A stretch of DNA of 63,583 nucleotides, the filler included, from Reticulomyxa filosa (lineage: Eukaryota > Protista > Foraminifera): assembly GCA_000512085.1 (NCBI GenBank). It is 20 parts of 20 records of this genome, joined end to end, with 100 filler letters (N's around TTAATTAATTAA, not from the genome) between each part and the next. Parts side by side here need not be neighbours in the genome. Positions count along the whole stretch, not along the records: positions 36,332 to 41,228 come from ASPP01009193.1; positions 41,329 to 44,084 come from ASPP01036729.1; positions 44,185 to 45,395 come from ASPP01002858.1; positions 45,496 to 46,854 come from ASPP01029136.1; positions 46,955 to 51,291 come from ASPP01002353.1; 15 more parts are not named here. One strand, 5' to 3'. Positions 36,332 to 48,627 of the stretch are shown here, piece by piece; position 1 is the first letter of the stretch; each line of letters begins with the position of its first letter. Below the pieces are notes generated by a model, which made no database searches, was not told the origin of the DNA, and saw only the letters and a list, made by a program, of their open reading frames with translations. Made by a program: the position numbers and the translations under genes.

Positions 36332-39300
36332 CAACAACAACAACAACAACAACATGTGTTTATGCCTTCACTATCATTGCCCGAAAATACAACGATGACC
36401 CACTCTGGCCAATATCAAAACGCACGGCCATTTAAAAAGAACTTTGTCCCTGGACATACACAAGGGCTCCCCGAAATCCCTCATTCCAAGTCTCCCTCCG
36501 TTCGTTCCACTTCTACGTCCATGACATTTTCCGTTGGTCAAAAAAAACACAAAAACAACAAAAAGCAGAAAAAGAAAAAAAAAGAGGAAACGCAAGTTAT
36601 ACATATCGACGAGGATGATTTACACTCTCCACAGCATCAATACAAATATGAAAACGATTTACGTGGAGTCGATCACAATGGTAATGATAATAACAACAAC
36701 GATGCTAATGACAATGACAATGACAATGACAATGACAATGACAATGACAATGGCAATAATAATACTTATGATAATTATAATGATGATAATTACAATGGCA
36801 ATTATCATCACAGTTACAATGACAATGAAGAAGCAGAAGAAGAAGAAGAAGAAGAACAAGAACGACGACACAAACACAACGACGAAGAAGAGGAAGACAT
36901 GACAGCAAATGGTAATGAGAAACTAGACGATGAACAGTTTTCTCGAGATAACATCCAAAGATCTCATAACAACAATACGGGGGTTGCATCTAACAAAACA
37001 TCCAACAAAACAAATCCACTTCGTCCAAGAGATAGCGAGCCAATAGACGAAGACGATGATCACCATCATCACCAAGAACATGAAGAAAAAGAACACACAG
37101 AAGAAGAAGAAGAAAGAGAGAGGACTCAACATGAAGATGAAACTCCGTTGACCAGAGAAGAGCGAGTGGACAATGAAAACTATGACGGAGAGGAATATGA
37201 TGACATGAGCATCGAAAATGATAAAAATCATTTCAATTCCCCTTTGGTGCTGGATTCCAATCAGTCCACAAACTACGATAAATACAGCGAGGAAGAGAGG
37301 CTTACCGCAATGGATTCAAAGCACAGCAACACAAATGACACCTTTGAAAACAAACTCGTCAAGTACGTGTCCGTTGACAACAGCGAACACCAAAACTCAC
37401 AGCAACAGGAAAATGAAAGAAATGGAAAATACAAACAAGAGCAAGACGTTGAAGAAGTGCTCATTGTAGAAGAAGACGAAGAAAAACAAAAAGAAGAAGA
37501 AGAAGAAGAAGAAGAAGCACAAGAACAAGAGGATGGTGAAAATAATAACGTTGATATCGAAAAACAGGAACAAAGCAAAGGGCAAGGAGGAAATCAAAGT
37601 TCATTTCACACATCAACCGAAAATGCACAAACTGAGTCTTTTTCAAAAAGAAAAAATGGGAAAAAAAAGAATGCATTAATGTTTACTGAACCTACATCGC
37701 GGTAGGCAAAAATCCTCCTATTTTTATTCATTGTTTTTTTTTTTAAAAAAAAAAAAAATGTTATTTGCTTGCTTTTTGTTTCTTAACATCATCACTTACA
37801 TACACTTTTTTTTTTTCTCCATTCCAAAGAAAGAAAAAGAGGAGAAAACGTGCAAGCAGCAAAGCCAAAGGTGAAAACAAACAATCGAAGCATGACCCTA
37901 CATTTTATGAAGACGACAACAATGACGACAATGACAATGACAATGACAATATTAGCAACAACGACAACAATAGCAATCACCATAACAAGCCGCCAGAGTT
38001 AGTGTACTATCGACAATTTGGTGGTGTGACGCGCAGCGCAGTGAGCAATGCCGGCACGGCGACGGGAACAATAGTAAGCAATGCAACCAAGGAAACAGGC
38101 ATAACCTTTGGCTACTCTCATGTGGGTACAATGTTCTCAAATCCATCCGCACTTGAAGACGTGAACAGTTCTCATCTACTCGCTTTGGATGATCGTGGTG
38201 ACAGTAGGCCTCCTTTTCCACGTCTGGCGACGAGCAATGTTGGATCAGAAGAGGATGAAAAACAGCACAGACACTCTTACAAAAACGACCAACGCGCTTT
38301 AAATCGTGGCCATTCCACGACGTATCCAGAAACGGACAATGACAATGGAAATCAGTCTGAACCAACTTTACAAAAGAATGGCATTATGAAAAGCATTGAA
38401 TCGAACACATACAACCAAAAAGGTACATACATATAATATATATATATATATATATATCTTTTTTTTATTTAAAAAAAAATAAAATTGATGGTCCTCCCCT
38501 CCTCCTTCATTGTTGTGTTTTGATGGAAGAGAACTCACAATCTCAGTCCAACTCCAAACGACAGTCCGGCTCTCAGCCCAAGTCTGTCCTTACAACCATA
38601 TATCACGACCAAGTGCTTCCCCCTTCCAACACCCTTTCAAAGTCCAACACTCGTGTCTTGGAGAACAAGGACAAAGACAAAGATAAGAGCAACAACAAAG
38701 ACAGGAACAAGAGGAAATTGAAAGTAACAAGGTTAGCAACGCAAGTGGATGGAGTGGAAGACAAAGGTCTTTCCATATCTCGTAACCGTGGCAGTGATGA
38801 CAACAATGTTGATGCCGATGTTGATGCCGATGTTGATGCCGATGTTGATGCCGATGCCGACGTTGACAGACCTGAACCAAGTGAAGATGATCCAGGCAAT
38901 GATCACAGCGTGCATACCAAACAAGAAGAAGACAATGAGCCAAAAGAACGCTACTCGCAACTTGAACTTGGAATAGACAACGAAGGGGAAGGCGAGACCG
39001 AAGGAGAAGGGAAGGAGAAGAAAGAGAAAGAAGCAGAAGACAATACTCCGAGTTCAAAGCGAAACCAAAAGGAGGAACAGCATCAACAGCATCAGCTGCA
39101 GTTGCAATTGCGGCCCAAACAGCATGAAAAAGGTCAGCTGAGGCCTTATGAAGTGCGATTTAATTCGATCAACGAAAAGCCTGTCACACCGTTGATAATG
39201 CCACGACGACCTGGGGCTTCTCTTCCACAAGTTGCTATTGACAACAGGAAAAGAAATGACGACTACGGAGAAATTGAACACCAGCTTTCCAACAATCTCA

Positions 39301-40604
39301 CTCTGGATTATCAAAAGTCTCAATTTACCTCAGTTTTGAATTTACATTTTTTTAAACGTGATGTAGCGTTGATTACATTACATTACCAGCCTTAAACATT
39401 ATGTATGCATATACATGCTTAAAAAAAAAATATATATATATATATGTATATATGTATATGTATATATAGCACTCTGATTCTCTTCTGGATAATTCAATGA
39501 ACGATGGGATAGTACAGTTACCAATGGTATTGCCTCCGCCTCATCCAGCGAATCCAAACTATTTGGTACCGAACAATGTCCCTCCATCTTTTTATGTGAT
39601 GCATCAGACGTTTGCATCCGTCCCGCCTTTGTCGACAATGTTTTACACAACCAGCGACAGCAACACTGTCGCCATTATTCGTAAGGACGACGGTCAGACC
39701 GAAGACATGTTAGAGGAGGAGGAGAATAGTGAAAGTGTCCGTCCCGACAATGGAGAGCAGCAGCAGGATCAGAAGCAGTACCCATTATCACAAATACGAA
39801 GGAACTCTACGTCGCAGTCGCGAAACACGGAAAACGAATTGAAAGAAGAGAAAATGTTCGAGCCGCTACAAACAGCAAGCAAAGTTAAGCCTGTGGACTC
39901 TTTCACGGGACGATTTGAAGTGCTGGGTTCGTCCAAGTCTGTGCCTGACTTGCCTTCTCCAGTGCACAATTACGGAGATGGACCTTTGGAGTTCCAACTG
40001 CAAAAGCCCAAACAAGACACCAATGTCAATGAAAACGACCAAAAACGATCTTCCGGGTCGAAAATAAAAAAAAAATGGCCCATTCCAAAAAAACCAATCA
40101 CCACCATTACGATTCCGGAAAACGAGGTACCTGCTTATTATCATCAGGACAATGACCAGAGCAATGACAACTACAATCTCCAACCTAATCTTAGCTACGA
40201 TCATCAAAGTCCTGATATCAGTCCTTATGATAGCAACAACCAGCATCATCATCACAACGACGAGGAAAATGAAGGCAATGCGACACCCATTCCTTTGCAC
40301 GGCGTGGCCAATGACTCTTCACTTGACATTGACGAAAATGATTATACTCCACAATCCGAAACACGAACCAATTCACTTGTTCAAGGCCCTCTTGTCTTGA
40401 ATATTCATCCTCCGGCCAAAGATATTCATGTTTTACCTGACGCGGATTCATATACAGTTTATTCAAACTAACAAACTTTGTCAACATATATGCACACAGA
40501 ATTACACGTTATCATTTTTGATTTTGGTTTGGCTTTAGGTGTCGTTTCGAATGCAAGAAAACGCTGCGGTAGATACTACCGATGTTGGTGCGAGCTATGA
40601 TTAA
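36332..40604 (+). CDS. Large hypothetical intrinsically disordered acidic/Asn-rich protein, at least 5 exons, 5' truncated
   Basis: Four successive long plus-strand ORFs (449, 223, 291 and 324 aa) separated by intron-like A/T or (TA)n stretches. Final exon VSFRMQENAAVDTTDVGASYD*. Confidence 0.75.
38808..38866. repeat. Coding tandem repeat (GTTGATGCCGAT)n, encoding VDAD
   Basis: Direct reading of the sequence. Confidence 0.9.
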
Positions 40605-41328
40605 ATATTGTTGAAATATAAGGATTACATACATTATTCTTTCTTTCCTCTCTGATCAACTGTCTTTGCAACGTTCAAAAAAGTATGAATAAATTCAGAC
40701 GTTTTTGTTGCTTCAGAGAAGTAAATCAAGCAGACTTCTTTGTTCCATTTTTGTTTGTTGTTTTCTTTTTTTTTGTTTTTTTTGCGGCTCCTCTCTTGCC
40801 TTTTTTTTGATATTCCGTTATCTCCCACAAAACAACCAGCCATTCAATCACTATTTGCTTGTGTTGCAACAGTGGCGTTGCTAACTGGGAAAATAATTCA
40901 TGTGACATTTTGTGGTGTGATTCTCGCTTTCTTTGTCTTAAATTTTTTTTTTTGGTTTTCTTTTGATAATTTTAGTAAATTGTTTTTTAGGAGGTAACAT
41001 CACAGTCGTTTTGTGTTGAAATAAGTGACACTTTATTGATTTTTTATTTGGATGTCGTGTATTTGGAATTGTAAATTTTTTTTCTCCTTTCAACTTTTAA
41101 GAAGAGGACACGAACGAGTTGTTTAATCTTTTTTTTGTCTCAATAGTGGTTTTTTTTTCTCTTTTGGCTGTGGGGATACTTTCTCTTAACAATACACCAA
41201 CAAAAAAAAAGAAACAATGCTTTCAAAANNNNNNNNNNNNNNNNNNNNNNNNNNNNNNNNNNNNNNNNNNNNTTAATTAATTAANNNNNNNNNNNNNNNN
41301 NNNNNNNNNNNNNNNNNNNNNNNNNNNN

Positions 41329-43740
41329 ATTGAGCATACTAAAGATATCGGACATGCAATACTTTCATCTTGGGATAATTTGTAGCTTTTTTTGATGATA
41401 TCAAAATATCACAAACTTTATGCAATTGTGAAAATAGTATTGCCTGTCAGTAGTCTTTTGTTGCAGGTGCGGAAATTGCGAACGATTTCTATTTCATTAG
41501 CACTGTAATGTTTCTTCAGCAAAAGACTGAACATCCAGTTTTGGTGAACCCCGTTTCTGTTTTGACATGCAAGAGCTTCCAACATTGCAATCAATGTTTT
41601 ACTACACATGTTGTCAAAAGTATTATGCTTTCCAACGGTTGATTTGTCTCTTCTTTCAGTTGTTGGTTCATTCCACGGTGTTGGGTGAGACGAATTCTTG
41701 CAAGACCATCAGTTTTCGCAAAAACGCTGGTTCTTCTAGACATTTGCTTGAATTCATTTGATATTGGATTTACTGGCTCCAACATATATGTACATCTTCT
41801 TCTCAATACCAACTGTTTATGGAATTATCATACTCTGTCATAAAAGCAAAAAACAACAAATCCATTCAAATTGCACAGAAAGAAAGATGCGAACGGTCAA
41901 TGTTTTTTTTCAAACTTCAATCCAAAAGCATTCGCATCAATGAAGCAACCTTACTTGACGACAGCATACTCCGATTGGATATATCCCGCCAAACCAACGC
42001 GAAGACCATACTAATTGTATCTTGTAAATGTTTCAATACTTTGATGTGTCGATATCAGGGGGGGGATGGATCACCAAAGATCATAATCACAAATACATAT
42101 ACAGGGCAATTATCGATATTTGACCAAATGCTGTACATTGATGAGTTGAGCGCATCGAACGAAGATATTGCATGCCAATCTGTTGTGGGATTGAAAGCAG
42201 ATAACATATCATTATCATTTGCGTTTGGTTTCATCCACAATAATTCGTACTATTTGGTGAACATCATCTTCGTCCACATTATATCCTTCTATCAATGCAT
42301 TTACACTCCTTATACCAATCGTCACCACTTATCATATTTATTGGCATAATTCATAGGCCAGCAATAACACTTTTTTTCTTTTCTCCTTTCCTTTAAGTTA
42401 ATCTTTTTTTTTATTCTTTTTATTCTTTTCAATCTCACTCTTTATCTTTCTCTTACTTTCACTACAAACATGGAGTACATCATTCTACAATGAAAAAGTT
42501 CACGCTAACATTGTTTTGATTAAGATATTATTACACAACAGCTGAAAATATGATACAAATAATATATACCTTCAAATAGAGCACGTTACATTTGTCATCT
42601 ATTGTGGTCACTCGTGTAATTGTTGACATATGCCAATAGAAAAATTTGCGAAGCCATTCCAAGATTGTCGAGCGCGATCCGGATATTTGTATTTTCTGGA
42701 CGTTATGATATGCACATGTAATCGAACCTATTTCCAGATTTGACAACGGCGGCATTCATAAATTGGAAGATGTGTTCACAAATTGATTAGTCATGCCCGG
42801 TGTTTGATTGTTCTACAACCACGATTTGAAGATAAGACAATTTGAGCACACTATAATCGGAGGGTGGGTGGTCATGTGGCTAATAAACAGTGCCAATATC
42901 ATCTGCCAATGAGAAAAGGCGCTCAATGCCTCCAATTCGGCCAGCAACGGAATACGTACTATATGCCAACCACGCTATGAATAAATTATTAAGAATATCT
43001 AACTTCTTCGCTGGGATATCATTTTCTGTTTCAAATATATACATACATAGTCATCACACATTAATTGGAGATTATTGGAAAAAAAAAAGAAAGTTAACTA
43101 TTTGGTTACAATTCACTTCAACTTGTTTGTCTTCCCATTACGCCAGTGTTCTTTTTGATAATGATATTGAAAACATAGGACTTGGGGCTGCATGATTCAG
43201 TGTGGTATCTTGAAGGCATGTTCAATTCTTAACCATGCAAATATCGATTATGTGGAGCGCTTCTTCGAGTTCACAATACCACCTTTGTTCAAACAAGACT
43301 ATTCTGGTACACTTTTATCAATGGAGCTGGATTGTACGACTATTGTCACTAGTGAATGTGTTTTTGTTTTTTTTAGCAGACATCGATTTCAGGAATAGCT
43401 TGTATGTCGAATATCGAGTTCTGGACGCTGTCTGAAGCGTATTATTGGTAATTTGAAATGCGAACATATTGGATTTATATGTGTCAATAGAAGCATCATA
43501 CAAACGACGGGTACATGTTTATTCATATACACTAATATGTTCAAGGCGCTGCCGCCATCAAATAAAGTGGAAAGAATGATACATCAGCTGAATTGAATTT
43601 AATAATGAAAAATGTGCTTTGTTGGAGTCTAGTGCAATGCTTGCTTCTTGCCGATAATCAGCTTTATATCTTCACCACATCTCTTCAAGTTCGCATTTGA
43701 TTACGCGAGCGATCGAGTCCAATGCCAATTCTATTATGTT
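41329..43740. pseudogene. Decayed coding-like sequence of unidentified origin
   Basis: Higher GC and complexity than flanking DNA, with only short interrupted ORFs on both strands. No motif recognised. Confidence 0.3.
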
Positions 43741-44900
43741 ATAAGTATGTTCTTAAATTTTTTTTAATACATAAACACAAACAAACAAAAAATACTTAAC
43801 TGTTGTTGTCCTCGCACGAGGCAACCATTTTCAACAAAACAAATTTAAAATAAAATTATAAACATTATCTTTTTTTTCTTTTTTCTTTTTCTACATCTTT
43901 TTTTTTTCATTTTATTTTTATTTCTTTTTTTTTTTCACTATATTCTTTTTTTCTTTCTTTTTTTCTTTTTTCTATTTCTTTTTCTTTTTTTTCCATTTTT
44001 TTTTCTTTTTTTATTATAATCTTTTTTTTTCCTCCATTCTTAATTTCCCTTTTTTTAATTTATTATTCTTTTTTTTTTTTTACANNNNNNNNNNNNNNNN
44101 NNNNNNNNNNNNNNNNNNNNNNNNNNNNTTAATTAATTAANNNNNNNNNNNNNNNNNNNNNNNNNNNNNNNNNNNNNNNNNNNNTCTTTTCCTTTTCATT
44201 TTGAAGTAAGAGAAGGCAAACCAGGGATATTTTTATGGTTTGTGTGAGACGTGAAAAAAATGTTTTTGTTGGATATCTTGCAACATTTTTTTTAACATTA
44301 TCCTTTTAATCTTTCATATTGAACAAAACAAGATTCATCAGCAAAAATGCATATATTTGACGTAAGTTTAAAAAAAAAAAAAATTAACGAGAAACGGAGT
44401 TGCAGAAAGGTTTGAGGTTAGAGTGTATCGGAGAAAGAATTGTTTTCATGCGACATTTCATCTTTTTTCTCTTGCTCTTTTTTATTTTTTTATCATCTCT
44501 TTCTTTTGATTCTGTCACTTCTTCTTTCTTTTCTGAAGTCCTTCCGAGTGGAAGATAAATAATTATGCACAGTTACGAACCCGACCCCAAAAATAAACCT
44601 CTCCTTTATAATAATGCACGACGTGTTTGCGATTGAAATTTGCATTTTTAACAATTGAATTAAAAAACACTTTAGGATACATTTATTCTGTTCAATATAT
44701 CTAATTTGAAGCTCGTTTCATATTAAAATTTACTTAAAACAGTGAGGATTAGTTTATTTTGTAATGTTTGATTACAAACTTTTTTTTTCCATTAATTTGA
44801 TATACTTGTGATGGCAGCAAGATGTAAAAGTGTGTGACGGGTCAGAAATTTTTTGAAATTGAAGTAATTTTTAGTTTATTATATCCTCAAGAATTCAACA

Positions 44901-45395
44901 ATGAAGGCAGCATTAAGAGCATTGTATGTCTATTATTGTTGGTTGTGTTGTCTTTTTGTTAATACTTGATAATCTTTCTAAAAAAAAGGAAAAACGACAA
45001 GAATGAGTATACGGAGGGGGAGCGTGTTGTTCGCGAGCTGACTGCAGCCGACGACACAGTCCCAGACCCAAAAGAATGCGTGAGTTGGTGCACTTGATGA
45101 AAGAATATCCTCAAAATTATCAAAAAATCTACACGATGTTGATGAGCAGAGTGACAGATTATCGATATTCGAAGCATATGGAAAAAGTTAGATTGTTGAC
45201 TTGTAATTTCCCTATCTTTTTTTCCGTTTTGTAAGCGATTTCTGTGGTGTTTTTTTTTTTTGCTTTGCGAAATGAAATTTGGGGACAAAAAGGGATTAAT
45301 TGTGGTGGAATATTTGTTGAAATATGGAGACGAAAGATTTGCGAAATCATGCAAAATTCATTTAAAACATTTCGAAAAATTGAAAGGCTACAAGT
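44901..45395 (+). CDS. ENTH-domain (epsin-like) protein, 5' part, with one apparent frameshift at about 45070
   Basis: Spliced reading MKAALRAL|KNDKNEYTEGERVVRELT...MRELVHLM...YQKIYTMLMSRVTDYRYSKHMEK|GLIVVEYLLKYGDERFAKSCKIHLKHFEKLKGYK. Epsin has KNIVHNYSEAEIKVREAT...KAMTLMEYLIKTGSERV...LKDFQY. Confidence 0.8.
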
Positions 45396-46954
45396 NNNNN
45401 NNNNNNNNNNNNNNNNNNNNNNNNNNNNNNNNNNNNNNNTTAATTAATTAANNNNNNNNNNNNNNNNNNNNNNNNNNNNNNNNNNNNNNNNNNNNGCATG
45501 ACAAATTATTTTACTTTTAATTGTAGACTATCAAGATTTTGCTAATTGCGGAAAAATTCGGGGAAAAACACTTTTCTTGTTAATAATTCAGGAAACAAAG
45601 TTTTTCTTTTTTTTGATAATGGTTATCCATTCGCAATGTAATTCCAACAGTGAGACTATAACAAAAAAATGTGCGTCAAATAATAATAAAAAACTCTTCA
45701 AATCAACAAAGCAAAAAGGTACATATTATTTTTATTTGAACAAATAAAAACTAAATCAGATCACTTGACACATTTATCAAGATGGAGATACTGGCATGAA
45801 AGAACAAAGGGCGGTCAAGAATGCGACAAACTTTTTCAATATTGTTTGAAATATTGATAATGATTATTCGTTCTAATAACCTCTTTTAAATATTTTTGTA
45901 TATTCAATGAATCTGAATTAAAATTTGATGTAATTTTAAAAAGAAAAAAAGTCAATAAAACTAATTCTTTAAGCAATAATTGATAGTTTTTCTTCACTCC
46001 AAAAAACATTTTTTTTTTAGGTACTTTATGCGGATTGCCGATTTGTTTGAATGTTGAAACCATTTTTTTTTTGTTGTATAAAAAATGGTATGTATATAAT
46101 TTTCTTTCAGAAGAATAAAATAATTAAATTTATTTAACGTACAATAATGGAATACATTGTCCTTTTGATGTTTCGAAATAGCAGGAATTGTTTGCATATA
46201 AAATTATGCAACATGCGTATTAGCTTAACATAACAACATGGCTAATTGAACTACAAAATGAAAACCTACTGAAAGATAAATTAACAAGACCAACATATTA
46301 CTTAACTCCCTTTCAAAGTTTGATATAAGAAAATCAATCATCTCTATAAGGTGCCGTTTTAGGTGTCAACTTTACTTTGCATTCTACTGTAGTTTTAATT
46401 TGATTATATGCAATTTTTATTTCATAAGCATAATTCAAACAATTTGGCGTGTGTGTTTGTCTATATTTTTTGTTTTGCTGAAAATTCTACTCAATTCAGT
46501 TTTCATCGCTTTATTTAAGAAAATAAATACGAAATAAAGTATTGTTAAAGTGTAAACATTTAGAACGAACGTCCTTTGATCAATACAATTTTTATGAACA
46601 TCTTTTTGCAAATAAAAAATCAAAAAATAAAAAACTGTATCAATTTGATCTTTGAATCATTTTTATTTAAATGATTTATTGCCATGTAAAATACTATTTT
46701 GTTTTTTTCAAGGATCAAGTCACATTCTCCTTTTTTAAAAAAAATTCAGCAATATTTGATAACATGAATAACCAAAAATCTCCTGAAAGAGAAGCCGAAC
46801 TGAACAAGGTTAACATCTTATTACTTCGACTTACTTTCAAAAGTTGAGAATACANNNNNNNNNNNNNNNNNNNNNNNNNNNNNNNNNNNNNNNNNNNNTT
46901 AATTAATTAANNNNNNNNNNNNNNNNNNNNNNNNNNNNNNNNNNNNNNNNNNNN

Positions 46955-47804
46955 TTATCATTATCATTATCATTATCATTATCATTGTCATTGTTATTAA
47001 CCTTGCCATTGACTTGGTCTGCATAACTCAGCTCCACGTTTTCATCAATACCATCCAACGACTTGTGCGGCGACTCATCGATCACAGAGTAGTCTTTCAG
47101 CGAAGACCACTCACTGTCCGTGTCACGTTTCATTGTCACTGTTCGTGAAAGCTCTGGAAATTCAAATCGCATCAAGTCGTCGTCACTATCTGTCGTGCTG
47201 TACTGCTCTATCTGACCGCCATTTTCATCATTGCGATCGTCGTCGCTTGGCTTCCATGAACTTTCTGATGGGACATCGACTTTTGGTGGACGACTGATTT
47301 ACCAAATATATACATTACATATGTATATAATATATATGTATATAATATATATGTATATAATATATATGTATATAATGTGTGTATATGATGGATATACACA
47401 ATAAACAAGTCCACTTAACACTCGGCGAAATTTGCCTTGCCGATGTCTATGCTGGGAAGAACCTGATTGAACAGAAGACGTAGTACTTCCATTTTGTTTC
47501 CTTTGTCTTCCTTTGCGATGTCTTTTTCCTCTGCTATTTTGTGATTCTTTGGACTGTTGGGTCCCAAACGAACCAAAAGACAATGACGATCCTTGCTTTT
47601 TTAACGTATTTTCGCTTTTTATATCTTCTGTTTGCGTACTTTCTTTTTTTGTTTTGTTTTGAATACAATGATGTTGATGCATTCATTTTACTTTTTCACA
47701 ATGTTTCTCTTTTCTTTTTTAAAAAAAAAAGACAGCGCTGTTTTGTTTTTACACATGCCTCTTTCGTCGCCATTGATCTTTTCATCGACATTTTGCTGGG
47801 GCAT
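46955..47804 (-). CDS. Hypothetical low-complexity protein, 3' truncated
   Basis: Successive minus-strand segments (MPQQNVDEKINGDERG; ...GSFGTQQSKESQNSRGKRHRK...; RFEFPELSRTVTMKRDTDSEW...NDNDND) separated by intron-like tracts. Confidence 0.5.
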
Positions 47805-48627
47805 TTGGTAACGTAATATATTCGTGATTCCGTTTGTATTTGTCTCTTTCTTTTTTATACTTTTCAGAAAAAACGATATTATCTTCCCAAAGTCTATTTC
47901 CCCATTACTGTCCAAGAACACGTTCAAGCTAGTTTCGACATTAAAAGCCACGCGAAGTATCAACAATATACGCTGATTCAGTGCTTGTAATTCCCCAACT
48001 GTTTCTTCTAACTGTGCTGTCTTTTTTTTGTTGAGATTATCATGTATCAGTTTTATGAGGAGACATACAAAGATATTCCAATGCTCACTTTAGGTTTTTT
48101 CGTTTCGGTAATTGCATGGACCTCATTCAAGGTCTCATTGTTCTTTCCTAACATTTTTATTTTGTATCTTGCGCCGGAAGTGTGCCCTTGATGCTGACCA
48201 GCACAAAACGCACAAGTGTTTTTACCTCAAATATTACAACTAATTGTATGCAATACATACAGTTCAAAGTCTTATCTTTTTGTAATTCAATACAACGGAA
48301 ATTTTTAGCAATGTGAGTAACACCTTCTGCATTTACGTGACAAAGTGAAGAATTTACAACAAGAAAATTTTTTTCTAGCAGCTTCCTGGCTCGATGCAAT
48401 AACTGTTATAAAATTTAAAGTATTAGCATGTAAACAATTGTAAATACTTACATTTTTTAAACAAATATTACACAGAAATTAACCTCAAATAGCTGAGAAT
48501 GCAAAGTGACACTTTTTGTTGCTTGGTTTTTTTCGAACAATTATTAACACTTCTTTCAATTTTCAGTGATCATCGCACTGCTTTGCAATCAAATTTAGCG
48601 GCTGTGGTGAAGGGTTAGATTAGTAAA

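Noticed and set aside
12353-45395. A membrane-trafficking gene cluster (beta-adaptin, C9orf72, FYVE RhoGEF, ENTH)
   Set aside because: The genes lie on different contigs, so adjacency is artificial.
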